Source: Octopus sinensis
Lineage: Eukaryota
DNA length: 64,000 bases
Direction: 5' to 3'
Assembly: GCF_006345805.1 (NCBI RefSeq)
Contig: NC_043019.1
Span: 17,421,360 to 17,485,359 of the forward strand
A program made the position numbers and the translations under genes. Below, piece after piece: positions 61,588-64,000 of the stretch. The notes below the pieces were generated by a model. That model was not told the DNA's origin, ran no database searches, and worked only from the letters and a program-made list of their open reading frames with translations. How positions within the stretch are numbered: the stretch's first letter is position 1; every line of letters starts with the position of its first letter.

Positions 61588-61830
61588 ACAACTTTCCCTG
61601 AGTAATGAAAAGCCTTCATGCCAAATTTGGTATTATACCACTGAAAAAAAATCGGATGGGTTGTATAGGGGGAAGGGGGCTGCAGCCCTCTATATGAACA
61701 AGGGCCGAAATTTGACCCCCTAGAACTGTTCCCGAGTAATGAAAAACCTTCATACCAATAAATTTGGTACAGATTGATCCAGAGGTTTGGCTGTGCATAG
61801 AGGAAACACACACACACACCTATACAGAGG
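61588..61830 (+). mobile_element. Non-autonomous Helentron/HINE-like repeat
   Basis: Internal duplication GAGTAATGAAAA[G/A]CCTTCAT[G/A]CCAA..TTTGGTA, then GATCC...GTTTGGCTGTGCATAGAG and (AC)n; this layout is typical of HINE/DINE 3' ends. Confidence 0.45.
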
Positions 61831-61841
61831 ATTGTGTGTGT

Positions 61842-61876
<35 letters not shown>

Positions 61877-61877
61877 T

Positions 61878-62265
61878 ACTCTTTTACTCTTTTATTTGTT
61901 TCCGTCATTTGACTGCAGCCATGCTGGAGCACTGCCTTTAATCGAGCAACTCGACCCCAGGACTTATTCTTTTGTAAGCCCAGTACTTATTTTATCGGTC
62001 TCTTTTTGCTGAACCGCTAAGTAACGGGGACATAAACACACCAGCATCGGTTGTCAAGCAATGCTCAGGGGACAAACAAACAGACACGCACACACACATA
62101 TGCATATATAAAACATATATACGACGGGCTTCTATCAGTTTCCATCTACCAAATCCACTCACAAGGCTTTGGTCGGCCCGAGGCTACCAAGGTGCCACGC
62201 AGTGGGACTGAACCCAGAACCATGTGGTTGGTAAACAAGTTACTTACCACACAGCCACTCCTGTG

Positions 62266-62267
<2 letters not shown>
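61878..62267 (-). mobile_element. CORE-type SINE
   Basis: Family modules, small central deletion. Confidence 0.9.
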
Positions 62268-62313
<46 letters not shown>

Positions 62314-62526
62314 TTTAATTATGAATTAGAAACGGTGCTAGTGTTGTGAACATTATTGATCACACATACTCAGTGTATGTGTTTTGCTTGCTTGCTGGTA
62401 CGCTGTCTCACCTTTCAGATGTTTTAATACCCAGTGCTTGGAGGGAGTCATCTCCACTGTGCTAAACCCCAGTGTAGTGGTGAACAAACAAAGCTCATAC
62501 ATTGGGTAATATGCTATTGATAATGA

Positions 62527-62567
<41 letters not shown>

Positions 62568-63231
62568 CAAATACGTTTCATGTCTCAGTGAATAGTTCTC
62601 AAGAAAGAATAGATTCTGGTTGATTGTTGTGAAGCTCAGATTGTGTAAATCATTACTTTTACCTTTATTCTTTCGTATAAATCATATTGATCTGAGACAA
62701 ATCAAACAAATATTTCAGAAATTCCTGATGACCTTTTCAATTCTTCTGGATTTCCAGTTGACCTTTACTGATTCTTGATAGCAATTGTATCAATAGTAAC
62801 TTATTGGAGTTAGATTCATTTCATTAAATATTCTCAGTTGTTGTGAGCAGAGAGTATCATTGATTGAATCACCCATTCCCAGACAGTTTATTGGTCGTAC
62901 ATATTTCAGTGGTCTTAACTCAAAATAGTGCTGTCTCCCTCTTTTTTGCCACTTGCTCCTGCAGCAGCATCTGCTCTTATGAAATAGCTACTGGCATACC
63001 ACCCCTACTCATTTAAGTCTCCTGCTGCCACACCAACATGTCCCCTCATAAACCCCTATTCCTGATCATTCCCTTCCATTCAGATTTCTCCTACAGACAT
63101 TGTCTTACAGATATTCATAAGTCATGATTGATAGTCATGTCAGTCTTTGAAGGCCAAGCTGAACAGCCATCTCATCAATCTCAGTGAGCTAAACTGAAGA
63201 AATTGTATCAGTCACATCAATCTTAGAGGAA

Positions 63232-63384
63232 AGTGGCTGTGTGGTAAGTAGCTTGCTTACCAACCACATGGTTCCGGGTTCAGCCCCACAGCATGGCACC
63301 TTGGGCAACTGTCTTCTACAATAGCCTCATGCTGACCAAAGCCTTGTGAGTGGATTTGGTAGATGAGACTGAAAGAAGCCCATC

Positions 63385-63434
<50 letters not shown>

Positions 63435-63650
63435 GTGTATGTGTTTGTCCCCCCAACATTGCTTTACAACCGATGGTGGTGTGTTTACGTCCCAGTAACC
63501 TAGTGGTTCGGCAAAAGAGACTGATAGAATAAGTATTAGGCTTTCAAAGAATAAGTCCTGGGGTTGATTTGCTCGACTAAAGGCGGTGCTCCAGCATGGC
63601 CGCAGTCAAATGACTGAAACAAGTATAAAAATAAAAAAGAGAGTAAGAGT
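63232..63650 (+). mobile_element. CORE-type SINE, full length
   Basis: GTGGCTGTGTGGTAAGTAGC head to GAAACAAGT tail. Confidence 0.9.
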
Positions 63651-64000
63651 ATAAGTATTAAAAATAAAAAAAAGCAAAAGATAACAAAACAATGAGTTCT
63701 CAGACGGCATTAATGAAAATCTTGCGAACATGTTCATTCAGTTTACTGAAAATTGCAATCTCAGATCATACTTTATCATCTTAAAGCAGAAAAAAATACA
63801 TTGGTGACTATCTTCCAAAGTAGACTATGCCCACAAAAAGGCAAGGCTGAATGCTTGGGTGCTAAACAACAATTACAATATAACTCCTGCTGAAACATAC
63901 TCCTAAATATAGAACTAGATTAATAATAGATTGATTGATTGTAAGCAGAGTATTCACTTATAATAGAGTTTGAACCCCAAAGAAAATGCGACATTATTTA

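Noticed and set aside
62690-62770. NISEIPDDLF as a leucine-rich-repeat fragment
   Set aside because: Single short motif flanked by stops, no splice support

Overview
AT-rich eukaryotic, repeat-dominated DNA that most resembles an octopus genome (inferred from recognisable tRNA-derived SINE families, RTE LINEs with (TGA)n tails and abundant (TA)n/(CA)n). I could not confidently identify any host protein-coding gene; the window looks intronic or intergenic, with only weak exon candidates. The largest feature is a ~12-kb satellite of 23-bp units (8.9-20.8 kb). It has nested higher-order duplications and produces the spurious 3589/1647/932-aa ORFs. A transposon pile at 21.5-28.6 kb holds two convergent RTE LINEs, a near full-length DD36E (Incomer-like) Tc1 element and a mariner carrying a nested RTE-X LINE fragment. 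Other elements are a Helitron Rep relic (42-42.9 kb), a DD37D/maT fragment, two piggyBac-type MITE families, a second mariner capped by a 20-bp minisatellite, and more than 20 SINE copies. Several non-coding repeats carry palindromes and hammerhead-ribozyme-like motifs, suggesting Penelope-like or retrozyme activity. Family names come from motif recognition, not database searches.
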